Shown: positions 36,864-45,985 of the stretch, piece after piece
Layout of the letters: every line of letters begins with the position of its first letter
Numbering within the stretch: the stretch's first letter is position 1
Source of the DNA: Patescibacteria group bacterium UBA6201
GTDB lineage: Bacteria > Patescibacteriota > Minisyncoccia > Phycocordibacterales > UBA918
DNA: 64,000 bases
Direction of reading: 5' to 3'
NCBI GenBank assembly: GCA_002422025.1
Contig: DISV01000005.1
Location: 136,834-200,833, forward strand
Made by a program: the position numbers and the translations under genes
The notes under the pieces: model-generated
The model's database searches: none
Told to the model about the DNA's origin: nothing
The model's input: only the letters and a program-made list of their open reading frames with translations

Positions 36864-37526
36864 ATGGAAGTCAGAATTGAACCAAGTTGGAAGAAGATCT
36901 TGAAGGAAGAATTTGAGAAAGAATATTTTAAGAATCTGTCAGAAAAGGTCCGTCAGGCATACTTAACTGACTCCGTCTTCCCTTCTCCCCAGTTTGTTTT
37001 CAATGCATTTAATCTTTGTCCGTTTGATAAAGTAAAAGTGGTAATTATTGGGCAGGACCCATATCACGGGCGTGGGCAGGCACACGGACTGTGCTTTTCA
37101 GTACAAGATGGTGTCCCTGTCCCGCCATCATTAAAAAATATCTATAAAGAGATAAAGAGTGATCTTGGTATCGAATTGCCAACTTCTGGCAATCTCGAAC
37201 GCTGGGCCAAGCAGGGTGTTTTGTTACTTAATGCTACTTTAACAGTGAAGGAGGCGGCAGCTGGCGCACATCAAGGTTGGGGCTGGGAGGAATTTACTGA
37301 TGCTGCTATTAAAAAGGTTTCAGAGGAAAAAGAAGGAGTGGTCTTTATGCTTTGGGGTCGCTATGCGCAGAATAAATCGGCGCTTATCGACGAGTCCAAA
37401 CATTTGATATTGAAAGCACCACACCCTTCCCCACTCTCGGCTCATAATGGCTGGTTTGGCTCCAGGCACTTCAGTCAGGCTAATACTTATCTAAAATCAC
37501 AAGGAAAGGACCCGATTGACTGGTAA
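36864..37526 (+). CDS. ung: uracil-DNA glycosylase (family 1)
   Basis: GQDPYHG water-activating motif, LLLNATLTV, and the HPSPLS leucine-loop region. Confidence 0.85.
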   Translation: MEVRIEPSWKKILKEEFEKEYFKNLSEKVRQAYLTDSVFPSPQFVFNAFNLCPFDKVKVVIIGQDPYHGRGQAHGLCFSVQDGVPVPPSLKNIYKEIKSDLGIELPTSGNLERWAKQGVLLLNATLTVKEAAAGAHQGWGWEEFTDAAIKKVSEEKEGVVFMLWGRYAQNKSALIDESKHLILKAPHPSPLSAHNGWFGSRHFSQANTYLKSQGKDPIDW

Positions 37527-37602
37527 ATTTGACATTTAGTAATTTAATTGTTAAGTTTTGGGTTGAATTTAGTTTTGCAAAATAGATAAATGAAAGGAGA
37601 GC

Positions 37603-38022
37603 ATGGTGTTCATGCCATCGTTCAGTCTACCCCTAGGTTTCTTTAGTCGGAGAAATCCACAGGAGAGATCTCGTCCTGCAGATCGCTTGAAGATGTTATT
37701 GGAGGAATGCGGTTATCATATATTTGACATGGATGTGGATAGACAACTACCCATCCATTTTGACAATATGGTCGCTGTCCATTCCGACGATACATCTTCA
37801 GTGATCTGGATATATCGAAAATATGACGATGTGTTCATCGTTCGTCCATTCGTCGATAGTGCTGCTCTAAGTCAGCTCTCAGAACGTTTGCTCGGCAAGA
37901 ATCTGAATGGAATCGTTCTGAGATATGTCAGGAATTTGATTCTTTGTGAAGACGATGATGATTGGTTGTCATGGCTTCCCGAAGACTCAAAGGAAGACGC
38001 AAGAATGGTCGGACATCTCTGA
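37603..38022 (+). CDS. hypothetical protein
   Basis: 139 aa. Acidic C-terminus. No motif. Confidence 0.35.
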   Translation: MVFMPSFSLPLGFFSRRNPQERSRPADRLKMLLEECGYHIFDMDVDRQLPIHFDNMVAVHSDDTSSVIWIYRKYDDVFIVRPFVDSAALSQLSERLLGKNLNGIVLRYVRNLILCEDDDDWLSWLPEDSKEDARMVGHL

Positions 38023-38029
38023 TCTACAA

Positions 38030-38072
38030 AAGGCACGGGGCAGTTTGCTGCCCCGTGCCAATTTTTATTTCA
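38030..38072. terminator. bidirectional rho-independent terminator (GGCACGGGGCAG-tttg-CTGCCCCGTGCC + T-run)
   Basis: Perfect 12-bp stem between convergent genes. Confidence 0.8.
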
Positions 38073-38082
38073 CCTTAAATAA

Positions 38083-39258
38083 TTAATCAAACAACTTCCA
38101 AATCTTTTGGTCCTCTTCCCCGTCTACCTTAAAAATAGCAATACCTTTCAGATTGTACTGCTCAGCCAATTTGACTTTGTCAGCAATGGCGTCAGCATCA
38201 GAGTACCAGACGATTTCTACTGGCACTTCCATCTTGGTTAAGTTAGCGAAGAGTAGGGCTTTGGCAGCAGCTTCAAATCCGGGGCGAGTGCCATCAGGTA
38301 CTGGTAGCACGTCGAGAATCTTAAACGGCAAGTTGGGATTGAAAAAAGTATAACTTTTTTCTCCAGCTGTGTTTTCACTGATGGTTACGTCGTTTTCTTT
38401 AGCCCATTCCTTTGCATCGGGTATGTTTATGGCACCATTGCCCTTATATTCTTTATACCAATCAGGGGCTACTGTTAGGGTCCATTTACGGCCATAGGTA
38501 GGCACTCCAAGCATAATTTTTTCTGCTGAGATGTCCTTTAGGGCTAATACCAAAACCTTCTCCACCCAGTCATTGTCAGCCACTGGAATGTACGGCTCAC
38601 CTTTCTTGGCATCGTTCATCAATAGGTCGGCTCTCTGTTGATCGTAGGCCATTATTTCAACGGTGTCACAATACTCACCAATCGCTTCATAGTCGTTTGC
38701 GTACTCTATGACTGCAGGTACGGTGCGGTAACGACTCTCAGGCGGCATACGGGCCTCTACGGTACATGTCAGCTTCTTATTGTCTAGTTCGTCCTTAAGC
38801 TCACGCAAGAATAAGGAGAAGTAGTCTTTGGTTTCAGCCAGTTTTGACTCGTAATCAATATCTACACCATCAAAGTCGCCATCATCAACCATCTCCACTA
38901 TCGCTTCTATATGGTCGGCGCGAAGTGACTCATTACTGAGTATATTGTGAATGTGTGAACCATCGTTCCATAGAATCGATGGGATAATCTCAACCTTGTT
39001 ACGGTCAGCTAAGCGAAAGAGATTTCGCCACTTTCTGTCACTAAGATCCCCTTTGTCCACCAATGAACCATCAAGGTTAACTTCATAAACAAAGGGATGA
39101 ATAGTGTCTAATTTGTTGATGTGCTTAGTGGCACTTTTTATCCCCATAGTGTCTTGCCACCATGGTACCCAACCGGCTACTTCTAAATTGGAAGCTGCAG
39201 ACACACCAATCGGAGCCATAATGGCCATAAGAGTCACCAATGCAAATATTTTCTTCAT
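38083..39258 (-). CDS. secreted glycoside hydrolase family 18-like protein
   Basis: Signal peptide. FDGVDIDYE matches the GH18 DGxDxDWE catalytic motif, with Y in place of W. Confidence 0.6.
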   Translation of the reverse strand: MKKIFALVTLMAIMAPIGVSAASNLEVAGWVPWWQDTMGIKSATKHINKLDTIHPFVYEVNLDGSLVDKGDLSDRKWRNLFRLADRNKVEIIPSILWNDGSHIHNILSNESLRADHIEAIVEMVDDGDFDGVDIDYESKLAETKDYFSLFLRELKDELDNKKLTCTVEARMPPESRYRTVPAVIEYANDYEAIGEYCDTVEIMAYDQQRADLLMNDAKKGEPYIPVADNDWVEKVLVLALKDISAEKIMLGVPTYGRKWTLTVAPDWYKEYKGNGAINIPDAKEWAKENDVTISENTAGEKSYTFFNPNLPFKILDVLPVPDGTRPGFEAAAKALLFANLTKMEVPVEIVWYSDADAIADKVKLAEQYNLKGIAIFKVDGEEDQKIWKLFD

Positions 39259-39422
39259 ATACCTTCAAGACGAGTCAACAGCCGATTTCTTTCACTAGAC
39301 TTCTTGCAAAAGGAGCGTAACCCCACCCATTCTTGGAAGAAGCTTGTAGATTGAAAGAAATTTCCGTCTCGTGCGTCTTAAGGTTGGGTGGAAAAAATCC
39401 ACAACATGAACGGAGTAGAACA

Positions 39423-39797
39423 TTGTACAAAATAAAGCTAAGGCTATGCGTTTTGCTGGGGACTGCCATTATATCGATGGCTGCCGCCACTACCACACAT
39501 GCAAAGGAAGTGAACTGTAATGCTTCTTGGTATGGGCCGGGTTTCCACGGGCGCACTATGGCGAACGGCAAGCGGTTCGACCAATTCAACCCCAACCACA
39601 TGGCTCACAAGTCACTACCTTTCGGTACGAAACTGTTGGTCACCAACTTGCAAAACGGCAAAGCGATTGTTGCTACCGTGACCGATCGAGGTCCTTATAT
39701 TAAGGGCCGTTGTGTCGATATGTCACGGGCCGGAGCTGAACGCTTAGGGTTCATTTCTCGGGGTCATGCCCCAGTGCGAATTCAGGTTGTTCAATAG
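39423..39797 (+). CDS. RlpA-like double-psi beta-barrel (DPBB) lipoprotein/lytic transglycosylase-like protein
   Basis: ASWYGPGFHGRTMANGKRFD...ATVTDRGPY is the RlpA DPBB signature. The likely start is a TTG at about 39423 with GGAG 8 nt upstream, which gives the signal peptide MYKIKLRLCVLLGTAIISMAAATTTHA. The track ORF starts at 39333. Confidence 0.65.
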   Translation: MYKIKLRLCVLLGTAIISMAAATTTHAKEVNCNASWYGPGFHGRTMANGKRFDQFNPNHMAHKSLPFGTKLLVTNLQNGKAIVATVTDRGPYIKGRCVDMSRAGAERLGFISRGHAPVRIQVVQ

Positions 39798-39944
39798 CTC
39801 ATCATTTGGGCGTGGCGGAGTAATATCCGCCACGCCCTTTATTTTTTCCTGTATAATCTTTCAATATGCTCCGTACTATTCTTCCATGGATTTTAGGTTT
39901 CATTCTCCTTTTGATAATTAACGCATATATTTCGAGTTAGTCTT

Positions 39945-40757
39945 ATGCCTAAATACATTGTTATCGAAAAGCATGTTGGGCAAACACCCCTTCAAGCTGT
40001 TACTGCTTATAAAGAAGTGAATCCAGAATTTCAAAAGTTACCGATGGCGTACGCAGGTAGATTAGATCCAATGGCTAGTGGAAAGTTATTGGTCTTGGTT
40101 GGTGAGGAGTGCAAAAAGCAGGAAGAGTATCATGCTCTAGATAAAGAATATGAATTTGAAGTTCTTCTTGGCAGTTCTTCTGACACTGGAGATGTACTAG
40201 GACTAATTGATTGGAAGGAGGCAACAGATATTAGTGATGTGCGTATCAAAGAAGTGGCAGCAAGCTTAAATGGTCCGCTTTCACTTCCCTATCCAAATTT
40301 TTCATCGCGCACAGTGAAGGGTAAGCCACTTCACACTTGGACACTAGAGGATCGTCTTGATGAAATTGAGATTCCCAGTGCAGATACTGTTATCTATAAA
40401 CTTAATTTGGTGGATGTTCGCCATGAGTCTGTTGAACATGTCTATCAAGACGCTATCGCGAGGATTGAGTCTATACCCACAGTAACCGAGTACAGTAAGG
40501 CGTTGGGGCGTGATTTTAGGCGGAGCGAAGTGAAGGTGGCGTGGGCTGTTTGGCTAGAGCACCATAAGAACCAGAAGGTGCAGATTGTGCGCTTCCGGTG
40601 TGTAGCTACTAGTGGTACCTATATGCGTTCCCTAGCGGGAGAAATTGGGCGAAGGTTGGATACCACAGGGCTGGCCTACTCCATCCACAGAAGCAAAATT
40701 GGGGTGTATAAGTCCCTGCCATTTGGCCTAGGCTATTGGCAGAAACTTTTCACTTAG
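39945..40757 (+). CDS. truB: tRNA pseudouridine synthase, TruB-family (short)
   Basis: GRLDPMASGKLLVLVG matches the TruB catalytic Asp motif (GxLDPxAxG). 270 aa. Confidence 0.65.
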   Translation: MPKYIVIEKHVGQTPLQAVTAYKEVNPEFQKLPMAYAGRLDPMASGKLLVLVGEECKKQEEYHALDKEYEFEVLLGSSSDTGDVLGLIDWKEATDISDVRIKEVAASLNGPLSLPYPNFSSRTVKGKPLHTWTLEDRLDEIEIPSADTVIYKLNLVDVRHESVEHVYQDAIARIESIPTVTEYSKALGRDFRRSEVKVAWAVWLEHHKNQKVQIVRFRCVATSGTYMRSLAGEIGRRLDTTGLAYSIHRSKIGVYKSLPFGLGYWQKLFT

Positions 40758-40771
40758 GTGGGATTAGAGGA

Positions 40772-40915
40772 GGTTGACTCCCACACCAGTTTTAGCGTGA
40801 TTTTGCGTTTATAGACTGAGAGGAAGACACTAATTACAATATATGAACCGGGCGACCCTGAGCGCTTAAGAATGGCAAAATTATAGCGACGCCAAAACTG
40901 GTGTGGGAGTTGACC
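40772..40915. repeat. 22-bp inverted repeat (GGTTGACTCCCACACCAGTTTT / AAAACTGGTGTGGGAGTTGACC) enclosing about 100 bp, upstream of rpmG
   Basis: About 20 of 22 arm positions are complementary. Variants of the motif CCAAAACTGG recur at 40985 and 41133. Confidence 0.6.
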
Positions 40916-40948
40916 CGAAGAGTGTTTTCTGGTATCTTTCTAGCCACT

Positions 40949-41128
40949 ATGTCACAAGACAGACTAATAAAACTAGTATCGAAAGGCGACGCCAAGACTG
41001 GTGTTTCTGCTGATGTTTATTACACTCGCTACAATAATAAGACTAAGAAGGACCCAAGCAAGAAGTTGGCTTTGAAGAAGTATAATAAGAAGTTGCGTAA
41101 GCACGTAGTCTACACCCAGAAGAAATAG
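40949..41128 (+). CDS. rpmG: 50S ribosomal protein L33
   Basis: RLIKLVSKGDAKTGVSADVYYTRYNNKTKKDPSKKLALKKYNKKLRKHVVYTQ aligns with E. coli bL33 ([44 protein letters not shown]). Confidence 0.8.
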   Translation: MSQDRLIKLVSKGDAKTGVSADVYYTRYNNKTKKDPSKKLALKKYNKKLRKHVVYTQKK

Positions 41129-41257
41129 CAAAACTTCCAAAACTGGCGTATTTTGCCCCCATTTCTCTCAATGACCCGCTCGCTGGACTGCCTGTCCCGC
41201 TCACGGGTCATTTTCAGTCCAGGGGACGCAACTGCATCTAGTTTATGAAAGTCTTAG

Positions 41258-41284
41258 AAAGACCCGCCGATTTAGCGGGTCTTT
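41258..41284 (+). terminator. hairpin AAAGACCCGC-cgattta-GCGGGTCTTT downstream of rpmG
   Basis: Perfect 10-bp stem. Confidence 0.55.
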
Positions 41285-41426
41285 GATTAAGTACGAATTT
41301 AGAAAGTTTGCCAAAACGAGGGATTATTTTTTGTTATCTCGACCCTCTAGAAATTCATATACAATTGTGTATTATAGAAACCGTACCCGAATATTTCGTT
41401 TGGGAAGTCAAGGAGGGAGTTTCGAC

Positions 41427-41531
41427 ATGAAAACGACGAATTTCCGCGCTGTCAGCTCGGCCTTCACCGAGCATATTGTTATGGGTCTCATCACTGTCGC
41501 AATCGACCCGGCCCTCGCCGCCGCCGGCTGA
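41427..41531 (+). CDS. small protein (34 aa) in a GC-rich intergenic islet
   Basis: AAGGAGGG sits 9 nt upstream of the ATG. The product is MKTTNFRAVSSAFTEHIVMGLITVAIDPALAAAG. It is followed by mutually exclusive hairpins and a terminator. Confidence 0.3.
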   Translation: MKTTNFRAVSSAFTEHIVMGLITVAIDPALAAAG

Positions 41532-41624
41532 CGTTCTTTTCTTCCACTCCAACCGTGGGTCCAGGGGTTGGAGGCCCTGGACCCCGTCCACCTCGTGTGT
41601 TTTACATCACGGGGTTTTATTTTA

Positions 41625-41667
41625 TCTTTGAAAAGCAAAAGGCGGGCCATTTTGGCCCACCTTTTGC
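41625..41667 (-). terminator. rho-independent terminator for the aldolase gene (GCAAAAGGTGGGCC-loop-GGCCCGCCTTTTGC + T-run on minus strand)
   Basis: 14-bp stem. Confidence 0.7.
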
Positions 41668-41720
41668 TGTGTAATGCGTTCTAAGTACCGTGTGCTAATC
41701 CGTTGCATCCCGTGTCCTGC

Positions 41721-41753
41721 GTACTGTGTACTGTGTGCTGTGTGCTGTGTACT
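41721..41753. repeat. tandem heptamer repeat (GTACTGT)x2 (GTGCTGT)x2 GTACT immediately 3' of the aldolase stop
   Basis: Reverse complement of the 8920-8946 repeat, so it is in the same orientation relative to its upstream gene. Confidence 0.7.
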
Positions 41754-41762
41754 AACACCGTC

Positions 41763-42770
41763 CTAAAGCTGACCGCGGTCAGCGCGACAATTTCTTTCTA
41801 ATACTTCAATTAACACTTTCTGCGCAGTGGCTGTGTTTTCAGCATTTCCTTTCCATGCTTCCTGTACTGGTTTTTCAATTCCGCGTGAGAATGAGAAGGC
41901 TAATTGCCACGGTAGTCCACCACTTTCCTTCTCTAGTTTTCCAATAGCATTAAAGTTAGCCGTCACCTGCTCTGGTGTTTGTCCACCAGAAAGAAACACT
42001 ACTCCAGGTACTTCATTCGGTACAGCGCCTTCTAAGACACGAAGTGTAGCAGAGGCTACTTCGTCAGGACTACTCGGTTTTTCGTTCTTGTTGCCAGACA
42101 ACACCATGCTGGTCTTTAAAATAACCGCCTTTAAATCAATCCGATACTGTACTAAGATAGCAAATAAAGTTCTGAGTACGAGCGATGTGACTTCTTCGGC
42201 TTTTTCTATATCGTGGTTACCTTCGTAAATAACCTCAGGCTCAACTATCGGTACTATTCCAGTTTCTTGACAGAGACGGGCGTAACGAGCTAGGAGCAAG
42301 CAATTGAACTTAATACTCTCAATTGTTGGAGTATTATCGCCGATACTAATAACCGCTCGCCACTTAGCGGCACGAGCACCCATTTTATAATATTCTTCTA
42401 GTCTCCCTTTAAGCCCATCTAATCCTTCAGTGATTACTTCACCCTCGAAACCTTCAAAAGGTTTGGTACTTTTATCGACTTTTATTATTGGAATAATTCC
42501 CTTGGCTATTAGATAGTCCACAAATGCTGTCCCGTCATCGGTTTGATTACGAATCGTAGCGTCATAAAGAATGATACCGGTGACGAATTTCTCAATCCCC
42601 GGGGCGGTGAAAAGTAATTGGCGATATTTGCGGCGGGTATCAGCGTCAGGAGTGGCGCCGATGCTAGCTAGTTGTTTGTCCATGGTCGTAACACTCTGGT
42701 CGGCAGCTAAGATACCTTTACCGGGTGTCATAAGAAGCGCCGCGGTTTTATAGAGTTCTTCTGATTGCAT
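41763..42770 (-). CDS. fructose-bisphosphate aldolase, class I (eukaryotic-type Glycolytic family)
   Basis: KGILAADQSVTTMDKQL aligns with the class I signature (ILAADES.GT..KR), and the Schiff-base Lys region is present. 335 aa. Confidence 0.75.
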   Translation of the reverse strand: MQSEELYKTAALLMTPGKGILAADQSVTTMDKQLASIGATPDADTRRKYRQLLFTAPGIEKFVTGIILYDATIRNQTDDGTAFVDYLIAKGIIPIIKVDKSTKPFEGFEGEVITEGLDGLKGRLEEYYKMGARAAKWRAVISIGDNTPTIESIKFNCLLLARYARLCQETGIVPIVEPEVIYEGNHDIEKAEEVTSLVLRTLFAILVQYRIDLKAVILKTSMVLSGNKNEKPSSPDEVASATLRVLEGAVPNEVPGVVFLSGGQTPEQVTANFNAIGKLEKESGGLPWQLAFSFSRGIEKPVQEAWKGNAENTATAQKVLIEVLERNCRADRGQL

Positions 42771-42781
42771 CAGCTTATTAT

Positions 42782-42820
42782 ATCAACACGTGGGCCGGCG
42801 AAGCCGGCCCACGTGTTGAT
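42782..42820. terminator. 18-bp perfect hairpin ATCAACACGTGGGCCGGC-gaa-GCCGGCCCACGTGTTGAT
   Basis: Lies between the ABC permease stop and the aldolase start. No clear T-run. Confidence 0.5.
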
Positions 42821-42842
42821 ACTAATCTCTATAACCTCAAAT

Positions 42843-43607
42843 CTAACTTCTAATCTTCCAACCGATTCTAAATAAGTGTGTTACAAAGAGTCCAAGTATG
42901 ATTACTAAACCGAATATAACTATGGCTCCAATAGTCGAATTAGCTTCACTGTAGCCAATCATGCTACTTCTGATTCCGTCGGCAAAATAGAAGAAAGGAT
43001 TGACGCGAGTGAGGGTGGCAGCGAGAGGTGGGAGAAAAGTGATTGAGTAGAATATGCCGCCAAGATAAGTAAGTGGTGTAATGACAAAAGTGTTCAGGAC
43101 CTGAAGTTGTTCAAAACTTTCAGCCCAAAGAGCGATGATAATACCAAGCATTGCGAAAATGGCGGATACTGCAGCCACATAGACCACGAACATTAGTGGA
43201 TTGACTAAACTCACAGCGTTGAAAAGTACACCGACTCCAAGAATTAAAAATGCCACAATCATCGCTCTTGAGACAGCACTACCGACGAAACCAAGGAGCA
43301 TTTCAAGATATGAAAACGGTGCAATCAGTACTTCCTCGATACCACGGGTGAAGCGCATAAAATAGAGGGCCGATGACGCTGAAGAAAAGGAGGCATTGAT
43401 AATTGATAACATCAAAACACCAGGAAAAACGAAGGATATATAAGGAACACCTGAAAAATCATCAATCCTGGTGCCAATGACGCTGCCAAAAATGAAGATA
43501 TACAGCGTGGCTGAAATAACTGGTGCCACTAAGGTCTGAATGACTACGCGAAAAGTCCGTTGAATCTCGCGTCGTAACATCGTATATAAACCGATTCGAT
43601 TAAACAT
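42843..43607 (-). CDS. ABC-2 type transporter permease
   Basis: 254 aa with 6 TM helices. It overlaps the ATPase gene. Confidence 0.7.
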   Translation of the reverse strand: MFNRIGLYTMLRREIQRTFRVVIQTLVAPVISATLYIFIFGSVIGTRIDDFSGVPYISFVFPGVLMLSIINASFSSASSALYFMRFTRGIEEVLIAPFSYLEMLLGFVGSAVSRAMIVAFLILGVGVLFNAVSLVNPLMFVVYVAAVSAIFAMLGIIIALWAESFEQLQVLNTFVITPLTYLGGIFYSITFLPPLAATLTRVNPFFYFADGIRSSMIGYSEANSTIGAIVIFGLVIILGLFVTHLFRIGWKIRS

Positions 43608-43609
43608 GA

Positions 43610-44365
43610 TTAATTTTGAGCCTTAATTACTTCAAGATAGGTTTGTTCAACTGACTTCCCTTCTCTCATGAATTCTTCCTTCGTGCCTTCGGCGATTATC
43701 TTGCCATGGTTAATGATGGCAATGTCGTTACAAAGGTGCTGTATTTCTTCCAAATAATGAGAGGTCAGGATGATGGTCTTGCCACTTTCGTTCAATTCTT
43801 TAAGGTATGCCCAAAGATCATGGCGCTGTTCGACGTCGACGCCAGCAGTCGGTTCGTCGAGTATTAAGAGTTCAGGAGTGTGGATGAGGGCGCGACCAAG
43901 CATGGCTCGGCGCTTGAGACCACCTGAGAGCTTCTGAAATTTAATATGACGATGAGCTTCCAAATCGAATCTTTTAATCAAGTCATTAATTCTTTGCCAA
44001 CGAATTTCTCTTGGAATACCATAATAACCACCCATGTAGTCCATTAACTGTTCTGGGGTAGCAAAAATATCGACATTGAATTCTTGCGGAGACAGTCCTA
44101 CTTTGGTCCGCGCCAATTTATAGTCAGTGACGACGTCGGTGCCATCTACCAATATTTGTCCTCCGGTAGGTTGTGCAATACCAGTGATGCAGTGAATGGT
44201 GGTCGATTTACCTGCGCCGTTGGGACCAAGTAGGCCAAAAAAACTCCCTTTTGGGATGGTGAGTGAGATGTTATCAACCGCCAGCTTTTCTCCGTATCTC
44301 TTCGTGAGGTTCTTAATCTCCAGTGCTGGTGTCACGTTTGTCATTGTTTCTATAATAACATGCAC
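43610..44365 (-). CDS. ABC transporter ATP-binding protein
   Basis: Walker A GPNGAGKST, signature LSGGLKRR, Walker B ILDEPT. Confidence 0.85.
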   Translation of the reverse strand: MHVIIETMTNVTPALEIKNLTKRYGEKLAVDNISLTIPKGSFFGLLGPNGAGKSTTIHCITGIAQPTGGQILVDGTDVVTDYKLARTKVGLSPQEFNVDIFATPEQLMDYMGGYYGIPREIRWQRINDLIKRFDLEAHRHIKFQKLSGGLKRRAMLGRALIHTPELLILDEPTAGVDVEQRHDLWAYLKELNESGKTIILTSHYLEEIQHLCNDIAIINHGKIIAEGTKEEFMREGKSVEQTYLEVIKAQN

Positions 44366-44374
44366 GCTAATTGC

Positions 44375-44419
44375 CGTCTAAAATATATAAATAATCCCGC
44401 GGCGCACAGCGCGCCGCGG
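44375..44419 (-). terminator. rho-independent terminator (CCCGCGGCGC-acag-GCGCCGCGGG + AT/T-run on minus strand)
   Basis: 10-bp GC stem after the 44429 stop. Confidence 0.7.
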
Positions 44420-44428
44420 GAGTTGAGG

Positions 44429-44824
44429 TTAGAGGTTCTCCCTAATCCACTTCTTAAACTCCGCATTCACGGTCTTGGTGTCGTCTTCAGAGCTGTAGCC
44501 AAAAACGAGCCAGCCGGCATTCACCATCGCCTCAATGATCAGCTCGACCTTCTTCCAGTCCGACATTTTTTTGGACTCCACCTCATCGAGCGCGCCCGTG
44601 GCAACCAGATAGTTGCCCTTTTGCTCATCTGTTTGCCACTTTGACTTCCTCCAGTCTATTGTGGCTTTTATTGTTTGTGAGCCCTGCAGGTGTAGCGTAG
44701 CAATGCCACCCGCATTTGTGTCGTCATATTTGGTTTCAAACTTCACAAATGCCCTGAAAGGAACATCTGGTATCAGTTCTCCTCCGACCTTACGAGGACC
44801 AAGATTCAGGAATATGGTCGTCAT
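44429..44824 (-). CDS. hypothetical protein
   Basis: 131 aa. No motif recognised. Confidence 0.4.
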   Translation of the reverse strand: MTTIFLNLGPRKVGGELIPDVPFRAFVKFETKYDDTNAGGIATLHLQGSQTIKATIDWRKSKWQTDEQKGNYLVATGALDEVESKKMSDWKKVELIIEAMVNAGWLVFGYSSEDDTKTVNAEFKKWIRENL

Positions 44825-44872
44825 ACATCTTCTCCTTGACAGTTGAAACGCAACTTATATAATGTCATATAA

Positions 44873-45697
44873 ATGTCTATCAGTCAAGAAGAAGCGTGGT
44901 TGTTGAAAGAAAAATATGGCGGTGAAAAAACTGCGCTAGTTTTTAAGGAGTCTTTAGACGAGATTAAAAACAAGTACTCATGGGGTGAAGATTTTTTTAC
45001 TGATTTAGAACGGTTGAAAGCCGGAGAACCACTTGCTTACATAATCGGTCATACCCCTTTCCTAAATTGTCAGATTAATCTTAATTCTCACCCTTTAATT
45101 CCACGAGTAGAGACAGAATATTGGGTAGAGAAGGCCATAGAATCTATTCGGAGGGAGAATATTTCTAATGTGCGGGTGTTAGACCTTTGTGCTGGCTCAG
45201 GTTGTGTAGGGGTAGCGGTTGCTAAGGCAGTCAGAGACGCTCGCGTAACTTTCGCGGAAATTGATTCTGCACACCTCCCCACCATAAAGCAAAACCTTGC
45301 ACATAATCTTCCAGACTATTCCAATCGAATAGAATACTTGCAGGTGACTCTGAGTAACTTATTTGACAATGTGTCAGGAACATTTGACTTCATTCTCACT
45401 AATCCCCCATATATCGACCCAGCACTAGACCGCACCGAAAGCTCTGTTAAAAGTCATGAACCTCACTTGGCTCTCTTTGGTGGCCAAAATGGTCTTGCTA
45501 TCATCAATAATATCGTTACGCAAGCTCCGCAGTATTTGAGGGATGGTGGTCAACTTTGGATTGAACACGAGCCGGAGCAGGTGGAAGCCATTCATTTACT
45601 TGCTGCTCATAATGGCTTTTCAGTCGTTACTAATAAAGATCAGTACGATGTAGAGCGGTTTTCAATTCTCTTATTACAAAACCAAGCTGTGAAATAA
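44873..45697 (+). CDS. prmC: release factor glutamine N5-methyltransferase PrmC/HemK
   Basis: VLDLCAGSGCVGVAVA (motif I) and LTNPPYI (NPPY). Confidence 0.8.
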   Translation: MSISQEEAWLLKEKYGGEKTALVFKESLDEIKNKYSWGEDFFTDLERLKAGEPLAYIIGHTPFLNCQINLNSHPLIPRVETEYWVEKAIESIRRENISNVRVLDLCAGSGCVGVAVAKAVRDARVTFAEIDSAHLPTIKQNLAHNLPDYSNRIEYLQVTLSNLFDNVSGTFDFILTNPPYIDPALDRTESSVKSHEPHLALFGGQNGLAIINNIVTQAPQYLRDGGQLWIEHEPEQVEAIHLLAAHNGFSVVTNKDQYDVERFSILLLQNQAVK

Positions 45698-45712
45698 CGA
45701 AAATATAACCTA

Positions 45713-45745
45713 AGACACCCGCCAATTGTGGCGGGTGTCTTTCAC
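45713..45745. terminator. bidirectional terminator (AGACACCCGCC-aattgt-GGCGGGTGTCT + T-run)
   Basis: 11-bp perfect stem between convergent genes. Confidence 0.75.
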
Positions 45746-45754
45746 TTCTGTAAA

Positions 45755-45985
45755 TTAGGCCTGAGCCTCGATCTGGGCTTCCAATCTGGAGATTATTATA
45801 TAAAGCAATAATCTCGTGTACTGTTCGATAGCTTGTCGTGCGGAATCTTCCGCTACAATCTCTTGGTTACTTATTACTTGGTTGGTGACAGTGCTAGCGG
45901 ATGCTTGTTCAGCACTCCAGGGACTCATTATCATTGTCATAACTACCACCGCCAACAAAAACGTAATTTTTACATTTTTTAGCAT
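45755..45985 (-). CDS. small secreted hypothetical protein
   Basis: 76 aa with an N-terminal signal peptide (KITFLLAVVVMTMIMSPWSA). Confidence 0.35.
   Translation of the reverse strand: MLKNVKITFLLAVVVMTMIMSPWSAEQASASTVTNQVISNQEIVAEDSARQAIEQYTRLLLYIIISRLEAQIEAQA

Noticed and set aside
39333-39422. 5' extension of the RlpA-like ORF (MEEACRLKEIS...).
   Set aside because: The extension overlaps the GH18 promoter region and lacks an RBS. The TTG at about 39423, with GGAG upstream, yields a proper signal peptide.
41283-41531. 82-aa track ORF spanning the rpmG terminator and the GC-rich islet.
   Set aside because: It has no RBS at 41283 and its N-terminal part overlaps the terminator hairpin. 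The internal ATG at 41427 with a strong SD explains the coding signal better.
44360-44644. Plus-strand 94-aa ORF overlapping the terminator and the 44429-44824 gene.
   Set aside because: It is antisense to a better ORF and overlaps a GC hairpin, so it is probably non-coding.
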